From positions 721 to 64,720 of the forward strand of contig JAWCLB010000001.1 of the NCBI GenBank assembly GCA_039091735.1: 64,000 nt of DNA, written 5' to 3'. Positions 29,181-38,652 of the stretch are shown here, one piece after another. Under the pieces are notes generated by a model that searched no databases, was not told the origin of the DNA, and saw only the letters and a list, made by a program, of their open reading frames with translations. The DNA is from Candidatus Aenigmatarchaeota archaeon. Its GTDB lineage: Archaea > Aenigmatarchaeota > Aenigmatarchaeia > GW2011-AR5 > JAHLMP01. Numbering within the stretch: position 1 is the first letter of the stretch; each line of letters opens with the position of its first letter. Both the position numbers and the translations under genes were made by a program.

Positions 29181-29996
29181 ATGGCATTTTTTAGGACAAC
29201 TCTACTCTTGGGCTTACTTACAGGCATCCTGTTAGCAATAGGGTTTGCTTTTGCTGGAATCGAAGGTATGACGATTGCACTATTAATTGCTATTATAATC
29301 AACTTCTTTTCCTACTATTATTCAGACAAGATTGTCATAAGTATGTATCGTGCACGGCCAACTAAAGATGAAAAACTAAATAAGATCGTGAAGAAGCTGT
29401 CTGAAAATTCTGGTTTGCCCATGCCTAAAATATATATTGTAGATATGCGAATGCCAAACGCATTTGCCACAGGTAGAAACCCAAGACATGCAGCAGTTGT
29501 TGTGACGAGGGGATTAATAGAAAACTTGAACGAAGAGGAGATTGAGGGTGTTTTATCTCATGAACTAGCTCACATAAAAAATCATGATATCCTAGTTTCT
29601 ACTATTGCAGCGGTTGTGGCAGGAGCTATCACCTACTTGGCAGACATGGCTTGGTGGAGCATGCTAGGAAATAATAGACAAAGGGGTAGAGGTGTGCTTC
29701 TTCTTCCTCTCCTTATTTTAGCTCCGATATCGGCAATGTTAATTCGAATGGCAATCTCAAGGGGTAGAGAATTTGGCGCTGATTATACCGGAGCATTAAT
29801 ATCTAAAAATCCGCTGGGCTTAGCTAGTGCTTTAGAAAAGATTTCTTCTTTTGCAGAACAAAACACAATAAGGGGGAATTCAGCAACAAGCCATCTTTGG
29901 ATCGTAAATCCATTTAAGGACAGCTTTGCTAATCTATTTTCTACGCATCCGCCAACTAAGGAGAGAATTCGAAGACTAAGAGAGATGAAGATTTAG
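29181..29996 (+). CDS. htpX: M48 zinc metalloprotease HtpX
   Basis: HEXXH motif 'HELAHIKNHD', TM helices, and a 271-aa length. Confidence 0.85.
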   Translation: MAFFRTTLLLGLLTGILLAIGFAFAGIEGMTIALLIAIIINFFSYYYSDKIVISMYRARPTKDEKLNKIVKKLSENSGLPMPKIYIVDMRMPNAFATGRNPRHAAVVVTRGLIENLNEEEIEGVLSHELAHIKNHDILVSTIAAVVAGAITYLADMAWWSMLGNNRQRGRGVLLLPLLILAPISAMLIRMAISRGREFGADYTGALISKNPLGLASALEKISSFAEQNTIRGNSATSHLWIVNPFKDSFANLFSTHPPTKERIRRLREMKI

Positions 29997-30162
29997 CACA
30001 GAGACACATTCTCATAGTGGAGGCGTGATTTAAAAACGCAAGGGTTATAATTTATGTCTTGCGAGATAAGTGACTAGAAGCTCTGCAAAGCATCAAGAAT
30101 CATGTATATCAACCAAATTCTGCAAAACTTTAAAACTATTTGAAATATATAAATAGGTTAAA

Positions 30163-30414
30163 ATGAACAAAATAACAAGCTTAATTTGCTCAATAATAGG
30201 CATAGTCTTGGGTTATGTATCATTCATCTTAACAAAAATTACTGGCATACCAGCATTAAATGTATTGTTGCTAATATTTGTTATCTTCTTGACAAAAAAT
30301 ATATTACAGAGATTGCTTCAAGAGAAAAGGTCATGGAATTGGTGGTTTTCTAATGGCCTTACATTGCTAATAATTCTGTGGTTGGGTTTTTGGACAATAT
30401 TATTTAATCTATAG
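30163..30414 (+). CDS. Small membrane protein (2 TM), hypothetical
   Basis: 83-aa ORF with two hydrophobic helices. Its stop lies within a 25-bp direct repeat. Confidence 0.35.
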   Translation: MNKITSLICSIIGIVLGYVSFILTKITGIPALNVLLLIFVIFLTKNILQRLLQEKRSWNWWFSNGLTLLIILWLGFWTILFNL

Positions 30415-30477
30415 TCTTTTTGTTAGTCTTGGTATATGAATGATATTCGCGTTCTTGGACAATATTATTTAATCTAT
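30390..30477. repeat. 25-bp perfect direct repeat (TTGGACAATATTATTTAATCTATAG) x2, at 30390-30414 and 30453-30477
   Basis: Seen directly in the sequence. The first copy overlaps the stop of the 30163..30414 ORF. Confidence 0.8.
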
Positions 30478-30567
30478 AGAAGCTGTTCTTATGATATAAC
30501 AGAAAGATTACAGAGAGTTTACATCTTTGTATTTATAAGCTATTAAATATAGAAAATTTAACAAAGG

Positions 30568-31818
30568 TTGGGAGGTATTATGTTTATAAAACTCTTGGGA
30601 GGTGCATGTGAGGTCGGTAAATCAGGTATTCTTATTAATTCTAATTCAACAAATTTTATTCTGGATTACGGAGTCAAGATACAGCCAGAACCTCCTCAGT
30701 ATCCTATTATCCCTAAGCGTGTTGATGGAATAATTCTGACACATAGTCACTTAGATCATAGTGGTGCTATACCTATTTTGCCTAATACCCCTGTTTATAT
30801 GACAGGTGTTTCTTCAGAGCTTTTTGAACTTTTGATAAGAGATTTTATGAAGGTCGCAAAATATAGAGGATATCCAATTAAGTTTTCAAAAGACGATTTC
30901 AAACAGGTAATGAAAAATATAAGGATTGTAGACTATGAAAAGAGTTTCTTTATAAATAATATATATTGCAAACTATTTGATGCTGGACATATTCCTGGCT
31001 CAGCAAGTATTTTCATGAGAGCAGAGGGCAAAAATATTTTATATACAGGCGATATAAAACTGAAATCACAAAGACTTGTAAATGGTTGTATCCTGCCAAA
31101 AGAAGAGATAGATGTATTAATAATAGAAAGCACATATGGTGATAGAGACCACCCTGATAGATTAAAACAAGAGGAAAAATTCAAAAGCGAGATAGACGAA
31201 ACTATAAATCAACATGGAGTTGTAATAGTACCCACATTTGCAGTCGGAAGGGCACAAGAGATATTGCTAATATTAAAAGACTATGTCAATTATATAGCAT
31301 TAGATGGGATGACAAAGGATGCAAGCAAGATAATATTGAATAATAAAAAATATATAAAGAACTATGATGAATTAACTAGAATTTTTAGAAAAATTAAAAA
31401 GATAAAAAATAATAAAGAGAGGGCAAAGCTACTAAAAAAGCCGAACATAATAATCACAACTTCTGGAATGTTAAATGGTGGACCAGTTGTTTATTATATT
31501 AAAAAAATCTACAACAGAAAAGATGCAAAGATCTTGATGACTGGATTTCAGATTGATGGTACGCCAGGAAAAACTCTACTAGACACAGGTGTTTTCATGA
31601 ATGAGGATATAAAACTTCCTGTAAGATGCCCTGTTAAAAGGTTCGATTTCTCATCTCATGCTGGAAGGAGCGAGTTATTTGATATTATCAAGAAGCTAAA
31701 TCCGAGACAAGTGATATGCGTACATGGTGACAACTGCGATGATTTTGCAAAATATATTGAAAATGATTTGATGATCCCTGCCACTGCTCCAAGAAATGGA
31801 GATAAGATTGAAATATAG
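30568..31818 (+). CDS. Beta-CASP metallo-beta-lactamase ribonuclease (aCPSF2-like, no KH domains)
   Basis: MBL motif 'HSHLDHSGA', a beta-CASP region, and a 416-aa length. Confidence 0.8.
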   Translation: MGGIMFIKLLGGACEVGKSGILINSNSTNFILDYGVKIQPEPPQYPIIPKRVDGIILTHSHLDHSGAIPILPNTPVYMTGVSSELFELLIRDFMKVAKYRGYPIKFSKDDFKQVMKNIRIVDYEKSFFINNIYCKLFDAGHIPGSASIFMRAEGKNILYTGDIKLKSQRLVNGCILPKEEIDVLIIESTYGDRDHPDRLKQEEKFKSEIDETINQHGVVIVPTFAVGRAQEILLILKDYVNYIALDGMTKDASKIILNNKKYIKNYDELTRIFRKIKKIKNNKERAKLLKKPNIIITTSGMLNGGPVVYYIKKIYNRKDAKILMTGFQIDGTPGKTLLDTGVFMNEDIKLPVRCPVKRFDFSSHAGRSELFDIIKKLNPRQVICVHGDNCDDFAKYIENDLMIPATAPRNGDKIEI

Positions 31819-31877
31819 TTGGGGATTAATTTAAAAAATTTCTGTCATATAAATTGATAAATAGCTCAACTGGCTAT

Positions 31878-32084
31878 GGGCCGGTAGAAAAGAAGATATG
31901 TATCTAAAAATCTTCTTCTTCGGTAAAGCTTAGCCTGGTTGGGCTTTGTTTTTAGACAAAGCTAACAGAAAGAGCGCCAAGTGATTGGCGCGTATGTCTT
32001 ATAAGACAGCTAAGCAAACTGGAGGTCGTGAGTTCGAAAATATCTGACACAATCAAGTGTCTTTCGAATCTCTCACCCGGCCCA
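31878..32084 (+). tRNA. tRNA-like structured RNA, 207 nt, with at least 2-3 introns (candidate tRNA-Leu UAG; identity unresolved)
   Basis: Acceptor GGGCCGG/CCGGCCC with A73. D arm GCTT-AGCCTGGTT-GGGC. T stem GTGAG/CTCAC with T loop TTCGAA, then a 32-nt intron (32039-32070), then T60. A 41-nt hairpin intron (GAAGAAGAT...ATCTTCTTC) follows nt 9 at 31887-31927. Candidate anticodon loop TTTTAGA (UAG at 31953-31955) is followed by ~71 nt containing a GNRA-capped hairpin (GCGCCAA-GTGA-TTGGCGC). Confidence 0.4.
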
Positions 32085-32165
32085 ATGCCATAGAAACACA
32101 TAAATAAGTGCACTTAGTTGCATATCTATAAAAAATTTTATAGTAAGGGTTTTAAAAGAATAAAA

Positions 32166-32813
32166 ATGAAAATAGTAATAAAGATTGGGGGATCTTTGTC
32201 TATTGGAAAAAACGGTCCTAGATTTAAATACTTTAAAAAACTTTTGCCTATTTTGAAGAAAATAGACAAAGAACATCAATTAATCCTTGTAATAGGTGGC
32301 GGAAAACTTATAAGGAAATATTATGATGCAATAAAGAAATTTAATTTATCTAACGAAGAAATGGAATGGATAGCAATTGATATGCTAAGGGTTAATGTAA
32401 GATTTCTATCCTTTCTTATGAAGAAGAAGCCTATCTTCAGAATAGAAGAATTAAATGAAAAAAGCGAAGGAATTATTGGTGGTGTTTTTCCAGGAAGAAG
32501 TACTGATGCAAACGCTGCTTATGCGGCAAAGGCAATAAAGGCGGATTTGTTGATAAAACTAACAGATGTCGACGGAATTTATGATAAAGACCCTAAAAGG
32601 TTTAAGAATACAAAAAAGATTGATAACTTATCGTTTGATGAATTAAGAAATTATATTAATGATGAAGCGCCTGGCTCATATGGAATATTAGATAGATTGG
32701 CTATAGAAACAATAATCAAAAACAAAATCAAAACAATCATAATGAACGGAAAGAAGCCAGAAAATCTCCTAAAGGTTTTAAAAGGAGAAAAAATAGGAAC
32801 ATTAATATCTTAA
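32166..32813 (+). CDS. pyrH: UMP kinase (archaeal PyrH)
   Basis: 'KIGGS', 'LVIGGGKLIRKY' and 'PGRSTDANAAYAAKAIKADLLIKLTDVDGIYDKDP' match archaeal UMPK rather than isopentenyl phosphate kinase (which has HGGGxFGH). Likely start is the internal ATG at 32166; the ORF is open from 32118. Confidence 0.75.
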   Translation: MKIVIKIGGSLSIGKNGPRFKYFKKLLPILKKIDKEHQLILVIGGGKLIRKYYDAIKKFNLSNEEMEWIAIDMLRVNVRFLSFLMKKKPIFRIEELNEKSEGIIGGVFPGRSTDANAAYAAKAIKADLLIKLTDVDGIYDKDPKRFKNTKKIDNLSFDELRNYINDEAPGSYGILDRLAIETIIKNKIKTIIMNGKKPENLLKVLKGEKIGTLIS

Positions 32814-32817
32814 TTAT

Positions 32818-32890
32818 GGGCTCGTGGTCTAGTGGCTATGACATCGCGTTCACGTCGCGAGGATCGCAGGTTCGAATCCTGCCGGGCCCA
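32818..32890 (+). tRNA. tRNA-Val (anticodon CAC), intron-less
   Basis: GGGCTCG...CGGGCCC acceptor. Anticodon stem TCGCG/CGCGA with loop TTCACGT. T arm CGCAG-GTTCGAATC-CTGCC. Confidence 0.85.
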
Positions 32891-32938
32891 TATACAAGTA
32901 TTCTAAACCTTTAATCCTTAGTTTGAATATTAATAAAT

Positions 32939-33478
32939 ATGGAGGAAGGAACAGATTACAGATCTACTATTATTAGGCATAAGGATATAAAGAATCCAAT
33001 TAAGGAAACCAGCCTCAGGCATGATAAGCAAAGAGAAGAGGCTAAGAAGGATCTAGGTTTAATGCCAAAGGAGTTTGAATCTCAGAAGTTGCCTTACGAA
33101 GACCTTGTAAGCTTTATCTATAGATCACTTGAAAGACATGGAAAGACACCCATCGACCTGACATATGACTTACTCAATGAGATGGCTAAAGAGCTTTATG
33201 AGGCTTCTCCTAATGTTGATCGAGAGGAAGCAAGAGACTTCCGATTGGATTTCAATGATAGAGATGTCCTCGGCCGACAGTTGAGAGATCTCCGATGCCG
33301 ATACGGAGTAGGTCTAAGGGAGCTAGCGAGGTTTGCTGAGTATCATCCAAGCTACATCGAGGATGTAGAAATTCTGGGCAAAAGACGGCAGAGGTTTACC
33401 CCTGCTCTCAAAAGTCTATCTCGGTATCTTATAGGATTGAAGAAAGCGGTCGAGTCCAAAGCTAGTTCCTATCGATAA
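32939..33478 (+). CDS. Hypothetical protein with C-terminal HTH (XRE-like)
   Basis: 'GVGLRELARFAEYHPSYIEDVEILGKRRQ' resembles a Cro/C1-type HTH. Local GC content is visibly higher than the flanks. Lies immediately 3' of tRNA-Val. Confidence 0.4.
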   Translation: MEEGTDYRSTIIRHKDIKNPIKETSLRHDKQREEAKKDLGLMPKEFESQKLPYEDLVSFIYRSLERHGKTPIDLTYDLLNEMAKELYEASPNVDREEARDFRLDFNDRDVLGRQLRDLRCRYGVGLRELARFAEYHPSYIEDVEILGKRRQRFTPALKSLSRYLIGLKKAVESKASSYR

Positions 33479-33912
33479 TTTCTTCATTCCAACCCCTGTG
33501 ACTTGACAGGGCTTTATGAGGAGAGACTCAGCCCTGTAAAAGAAAGGAGCAGAAGATACTCAATTTTCTCTCCTTATGTTACAAACCACTGGAGGCGAAG
33601 GCAGAGGTTTTAGCTCTACTCTAGATGGATATCCTTCTTTGAATAGCGCCTCCTTCTGCCTTTTGATGCTTGAGGGAATGGGCTATACAGATGTCATTGG
33701 GCGGCTAAGTAATACTATTATATGTTTCGTTCGCGGTTGTGAACGAGGTGCTGGATACATGCTAAGTAATACACTCACACCTTATTTACTTGCGATACGC
33801 TGTCCAGATATATCAGCTGCTGCGAAAGTACATTTCTCCTAATCCCGGAAACTGTGTACTGAGTGCTGTGCACACGCATACTGTGACTGCTGCATTGAAA
33901 GGCTATCTCAAC

Positions 33913-34314
33913 ATGTCCAGCGGAGGATTTATAGCCATAAAGAGAAAGAATAAAAAGCATAGAAAGTATATATATCATATGTTTGATAGAGATATAAGAC
34001 AACTCAAACAGTATGGCAAGCTTCTTAAGGAAGAGAAAGAATTCGATATTCCTTCGGCTCTGAGGTTGTTGGATGACCTGCATACGAGAGGTTATTTTTC
34101 TTCAAAATATCTCAGTAGTACAGAGCGAGATATCGCGAAGCAGATTATTGCTAGGGCACTGAAAACGCTAAGAAATAACGTTCAAAAAATAATAGAGACT
34201 TCAGAAATCATAAGAGATAAACATGGCTTCCTTGAGTATTTTATGGACCTATCTAAAGTGCAGTTTAAATCAAGATACAGTGAGCTTTTCGGAGATAAAC
34301 AAGAATTACCTTGA
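33913..34314 (+). CDS. Hypothetical protein
   Basis: The ORF is open from 33790. Start taken at the internal ATG at 33913 after a GC-rich structured noncoding stretch. Confidence 0.3.
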   Translation: MSSGGFIAIKRKNKKHRKYIYHMFDRDIRQLKQYGKLLKEEKEFDIPSALRLLDDLHTRGYFSSKYLSSTERDIAKQIIARALKTLRNNVQKIIETSEIIRDKHGFLEYFMDLSKVQFKSRYSELFGDKQELP

Positions 34315-34507
34315 TCTTACTATGAATTTTTTACAGATTCTTAGTATATTGACTGCCCTCTTTGGTTTATTGTTTCTTTGCTAGCCTCAAGTGAATGGTC
34401 TACTCCTAGAATATTCATGCAAAAATCGATTACAAGAGAAATCACAAAATAGAAGAAGTATAAAAACTAATAAAACTAAACGATATAGAGAAACAAATAA
34501 GATTCAG

Positions 34508-34921
34508 GTGATTAAAATTATTTTGCAAAAAACTGTTGCAATTGTCATAAAAAAGAATAATAAATTTTTACTGATAAAAAGGGCAAACAGACCAAATAAG
34601 AACTATTGGGCATTTCCTGGGGGTCATGTAGAGAAATCTGAGACAATCTATCAAGCAGCAGTTCGTGAGGCAAAAGAGGAGATAGGAACAGCTATTATTA
34701 ACAAAAAAAGCATATATAATTTTGTTCATGATCCTATGGTCGGACACAGGCATAGATGCTATGTTTTTATTGGGACAATTGCTGGAAGGATTAAAGCAGG
34801 AAGTGAGACTAAAGATATAGGATGGTTTAGTTTGGAGCAAATGAAAGGCATGAACTTAACTGATTATACTATTCATATCTTGAATCACTTGGCATCTACT
34901 CAATACTCCCGCCAGACATAA
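34508..34921 (+). CDS. NUDIX hydrolase
   Basis: Nudix box 'GGHVEKSETIYQAAVREAKEEIG'. The ORF is open from 34391, but the N-terminal 39 aa are a K/R/N-rich low-complexity extension. In-frame GTG at 34508 is the likely start. Confidence 0.65.
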   Translation: MIKIILQKTVAIVIKKNNKFLLIKRANRPNKNYWAFPGGHVEKSETIYQAAVREAKEEIGTAIINKKSIYNFVHDPMVGHRHRCYVFIGTIAGRIKAGSETKDIGWFSLEQMKGMNLTDYTIHILNHLASTQYSRQT

Positions 34922-35214
34922 TTACATTTTTTGCACTTAAAGAACTGTGTTGGTGGTTCATCAGCAGATCTTGTTTGCTGCAAAAAGTAATATGCCTTTA
35001 TATTCCCACATTTTGGGCACATCTTTTCAGTTGTTGGAAGATATACCTGATCTTTTTCTACACTCATGGTTTTTTCTATCTTTTTCTCTCTTATAATTTT
35101 CAGGTTTTTGATATTTCTTTTCTCCTTATGTCCACATTTAGTGCACTTTGCATATATATCTTTTCCCTTTTTTTCAGGTATCATTACTGAACCGCATTTT
35201 TTGCAAAATTCCAT
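34900..35214 (-). CDS. tfs: Transcription factor S / RNA polymerase subunit M (TFIIS-type Zn ribbon)
   Basis: N-terminal CxxC..CxxC Zn ribbon and a C-terminal TFIIS ribbon with 'RSADEPPTQFFKCKKC'. Confidence 0.85.
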   Translation of the reverse strand: MEFCKKCGSVMIPEKKGKDIYAKCTKCGHKEKRNIKNLKIIREKKIEKTMSVEKDQVYLPTTEKMCPKCGNIKAYYFLQQTRSADEPPTQFFKCKKCNYVWREY

Positions 35215-35406
35215 TTATCCACCTCACAAAAACCTTTATATTTAGGAAGAAAAGCTTTTAAAGCCTTTTTATTAGAGGTTCAAATGCTATTTAGCTTAAA
35301 AGAAAATCTTTACAATTGTTGTTTTTTTATTATTTATCTCATAGCTACTTTAAAATGTTGCATAATGTTCTTATCCCTTTTAAAGATTCAATTCTGTATT
35401 TTAATT

Positions 35407-36402
35407 ATGTCAATGAAGGCTTCTGCAATAGCAAATGCAAACATAGCCCTTGTAAAATATTGGGGAAAACGTAATAATAAGTTAATATTGCCAATGAATG
35501 GAAGTATATCAATGACTTGTGATGGTTTGACTACCATTACGACAGTTGAATTTTCAGACAAATACAAAGAGGATGTTATTATAATAAACGATGAAGAATT
35601 CAAAAAAGATGAAAAGGATATACATGGTCATATTGACAGGATAAGAAAATTAGCTGGAATAAAAGAATTTGCCAAAGTGATTTCAGAAACTAATTTTCCT
35701 GTTGCAGCTGGTTTAGCAAGCAGTGCATCTGGATTTTCTGCTTTGACGCTTGCAGCAAGCGCAGCAGCTGGATTAAAATTATCACCAAAAGAATTATCAA
35801 TATTAACAAGGCAGGGCTCTGGTTCTGCATGCCGTTCTATATTTGGTGGTTTTGTTGAGTGGTTTCGTGGCCAGAAAGAAGATGGAAGCGATAGCTATGC
35901 AGAACCGGTTGTTGATAAAAATTATTGGCCCGAGTTTAGAATGATTATAACAATCGTTGAGGCAGAGAAAAAGCCTGTCAGTAGCAGGGCAGGCATGGCT
36001 CAGACAGTTGCAACCTGCCCTTATTATAAAGGTTGGTTAGAAACGATAGATGATGATTTAAAAAATATCAGAGAGGGAATTAAACAAAGAGATTTTGAAA
36101 GGGTTGCAAGCACAGCTGAGTTTAATTGCCTAAAGATGCATGCATTAATGCTCACGACAAGGCCACCGATAATATATTGGACACCTGCAACAATGAGAAT
36201 TATTCATGCGGTACACAAGATGAGAGAAGAAGGAATCAAAGCTTATTTTACAATAGATGCAGGGCCGAATGTAAAAGTAATGTGCCTACAAAAAAATGAA
36301 AAAGAAATAAGCAAAAGGTTAAGAGAAATAGAAGATATCACAAAAATAATAGTATGTAAACCAGGAGATGGCGCAAAATTGGTTGATAGACATTTGTTTT
36401 AG
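35407..36402 (+). CDS. mvd: Diphosphomevalonate decarboxylase (GHMP family)
   Basis: 'NIALVKYWGKRNNKLILPMNGSISMT' and 'GSGSACRS'. Start taken at the internal ATG at 35407; the upstream 41 codons are hydrophobic low-complexity. Confidence 0.8.
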   Translation: MSMKASAIANANIALVKYWGKRNNKLILPMNGSISMTCDGLTTITTVEFSDKYKEDVIIINDEEFKKDEKDIHGHIDRIRKLAGIKEFAKVISETNFPVAAGLASSASGFSALTLAASAAAGLKLSPKELSILTRQGSGSACRSIFGGFVEWFRGQKEDGSDSYAEPVVDKNYWPEFRMIITIVEAEKKPVSSRAGMAQTVATCPYYKGWLETIDDDLKNIREGIKQRDFERVASTAEFNCLKMHALMLTTRPPIIYWTPATMRIIHAVHKMREEGIKAYFTIDAGPNVKVMCLQKNEKEISKRLREIEDITKIIVCKPGDGAKLVDRHLF

Positions 36403-36414
36403 AAGGTTGATAAA

Positions 36415-37455
36415 ATGACAACAGTATCTACTCCAGGAAAGGTTCATCTAATTGGTGAGCATGCCGTTGTTTATGGCGAACCTGCAATAATAGCTGCAAT
36501 AGGGTTGAGGACATATATAAAAGTAAGGCCAAGCAAAAAGATTACATATATAGATAAGGAGTGGCCTGATATAAAGCACGTGTGGTCAGTTGATGAGGTT
36601 CTGAAGATTACTAATAATGCTTTAGATTTATGGAATATGTGTTATCAAAAAAAAGATTTTTCTGAATTATTCAAATTCATAAAAGAAAAAAAATACGAAG
36701 CCTACAGGGCATCTACTGTTGGGATTGTCATGAATAGCCTTGGAATAAGAAGCGGTTTTTCAATAGAAATTAATAGTAAAGTTCCTATAGGCTCTGGTTT
36801 GGGCTCTTCAGCATCCAGGGCAGTTGCAATAACAAAAGCTATTGCTGACTTGTTTAAGAAAAGGCTTTCTTTGGAGCAGATAAATAATATCGCTTACGAA
36901 ATTGAAAAAATCATACATGGAACACCAAGTGGCGGAGACAATTCTGCATGTTGTTATGGTAAATTAATATGGTTTCAAAAATCACAACCAAAAAATATTA
37001 TAAAGCCACTAAAAATACCATACAAACTAGAAAATTTTGTTCTTGTTTATACAAAACCGCCAGAAAAAACAACAGGAGAGCTTGTACAGCTAGTAAGGAA
37101 CTTAGATGAAAATTATAGAAATGAAAGAATAAAAAGGATTGGAAGATTGGCTTATGAAATGAAGGGAGCCCTAATGAAAAAAAATCTTAAAAGAATGAAA
37201 GAAATCATAAATGAAAATCAAAGACTATTAGCAGAGCTCGGTGTTTCTTGTAGGGAGATAGACAAATTGTCAGAGGCTGTTAGAAATATAGGCGGTGCGG
37301 CAAAACTATGCGGTGCAGGTGGTGGCGGAGTGATGCTATGCTACCATGAAGATAAAGAAAAGCTAATAGAAATAATAAGAAAACTTGGATTTAAGCTATG
37401 GGAAACAGAACTAGGAGTTAAGGGTGTAAGAGTTGAAAATCTTATCTATAGATGA
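36415..37455 (+). CDS. mvk: Mevalonate kinase
   Basis: 'PGKVHLIGEHAVVYG' and GHMP motif 'PIGSGLGSSAS'. Confidence 0.85.
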   Translation: MTTVSTPGKVHLIGEHAVVYGEPAIIAAIGLRTYIKVRPSKKITYIDKEWPDIKHVWSVDEVLKITNNALDLWNMCYQKKDFSELFKFIKEKKYEAYRASTVGIVMNSLGIRSGFSIEINSKVPIGSGLGSSASRAVAITKAIADLFKKRLSLEQINNIAYEIEKIIHGTPSGGDNSACCYGKLIWFQKSQPKNIIKPLKIPYKLENFVLVYTKPPEKTTGELVQLVRNLDENYRNERIKRIGRLAYEMKGALMKKNLKRMKEIINENQRLLAELGVSCREIDKLSEAVRNIGGAAKLCGAGGGGVMLCYHEDKEKLIEIIRKLGFKLWETELGVKGVRVENLIYR

Positions 37456-38569
37456 TTTTATGCATTATAGTGCTCCTTGTAAATTGTTTATCTCAGGCGA
37501 GTGGTCTATTCTTGAGTTAGGTAACCAAGGCATGATCGCTGCTATTAATAAAAGAGTACATAGCATTATTGAGACTAATGATAAAGGCATAGTAATATCA
37601 ATAGAAGACTTTAATATCAATAATCTAAAATGCAGGTTTGATGGTAGAAATCTTATATTTTATGAAGACGTTGAACCAATAAAAGATAAAATAAGTTTTA
37701 TAAAGAAGTCAATAGAAGTAGCGCTTAGATTCCTGAAAGATAATAAAATAAAATTAAAGCCGTTCAAAATCTGCACATGGGGCGAGAAAACAAATATTAA
37801 AATCAATGGTAAATTAAAGAAGGTTGGTTTTGGAGGCAGTGCTGCTGCAACTGTTGCTGTTATTGGAAGCGTGCTTGCATTTCATGGATATGAGGCAAAA
37901 AGAGAGGAGATTTACAAGCTTGCAACCATTGCACATTATTTTGCACAAGGAAAGGTTGGCTCTGGGTTTGATGTTGCTGCCTCGACATATGGCGGCTTAT
38001 TTGTTTATAAAAGATTTGACCCAGAGTGGCTAACAAAGAAAATTAAATCTAAAGAAAGCATAAAGAAGATTGTAAAAGAAAAATGGCCTGGTTTCTATTT
38101 TGAAAGATTAGAGATCCCGAGGGATTTAATTCTGCTTATTGGTTGGACAAGGGAATCTGCATCAACATCTGAAATGATAAAGCAGATGGAGGAGTTTAAG
38201 AGAAATAATCCAAATGTTTATAATAAATTAATAAAAAAGATTGCAAACATCGCAACAAATGCTATTGATGCATTCAAGAAAGGAGATAGAAAAGAATTTT
38301 TAGAGTTATTAAAAGAGAATGAAAAGGGACTGGCAGATTTGGGAAAGGCTGCTGGCATAAATATAGAAACGCCTGAATTGAAAAAGCTTTGCGAACTTGC
38401 AAATATGCAAGGAGCAGCAGGAAAACTTTCTGGTGCAGGAGGGGGTGATTGCGGGATAGCAATTTGCTTTAACAAAAATATAAAAGAAAAGGTAGAAAAT
38501 GCATGGAAAAAGGGGGGAATTTATATCATAGATGCAGATATTGATAATATAGGACTAGAATCAAAATAA
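37433..38569 (+). CDS. pmk: Phosphomevalonate kinase, ERG8-type (GHMP)
   Basis: 'APCKLFISGEWSILE' (compare APGKxLLxGeYxVL), 'GFGGSAAATVA', and 'AQGKVGSGFDVAASTYGG' (compare ERG8 AQGKIGSGFDVAAAAYGS). Confidence 0.8.
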   Translation: MKILSIDDFMHYSAPCKLFISGEWSILELGNQGMIAAINKRVHSIIETNDKGIVISIEDFNINNLKCRFDGRNLIFYEDVEPIKDKISFIKKSIEVALRFLKDNKIKLKPFKICTWGEKTNIKINGKLKKVGFGGSAAATVAVIGSVLAFHGYEAKREEIYKLATIAHYFAQGKVGSGFDVAASTYGGLFVYKRFDPEWLTKKIKSKESIKKIVKEKWPGFYFERLEIPRDLILLIGWTRESASTSEMIKQMEEFKRNNPNVYNKLIKKIANIATNAIDAFKKGDRKEFLELLKENEKGLADLGKAAGINIETPELKKLCELANMQGAAGKLSGAGGGDCGIAICFNKNIKEKVENAWKKGGIYIIDADIDNIGLESK

Positions 38570-38652
38570 TTATCCCTGAGCTTGATAAAAATTTTTGGTT
38601 AGAAGATTGCAAAATTAATGCCTTTAAATTATTTTTATCTTAAGTAATATCT

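Noticed and set aside
31878-32084. Considered SRP RNA or a minimal RNase P RNA for the 207-nt structured locus
   Set aside because: No helix-8-like GGAA/GNAR apical motif or P4 pseudoknot signatures. tRNA-specific elements (A73, AGCCTGG D loop, GTGAG-TTCGAA T arm) dominate, so it is reported as tRNA-like with low confidence.
32118-32813. Isopentenyl phosphate kinase assignment for the amino-acid-kinase-family gene near the mevalonate operon
   Set aside because: The VIGGGKLIRKY and PGRSTDANAAYAAKAIKADL motifs match archaeal UMP kinase. IPK has HGGGxFGH. Called pyrH.
33576-33842. 88-aa plus-strand ORF in a GC-rich stretch
   Set aside because: Amino-acid composition is odd (Gly/Cys/Arg-rich). 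It overlaps dense inverted repeats. Treated as part of a structured noncoding island rather than a gene.
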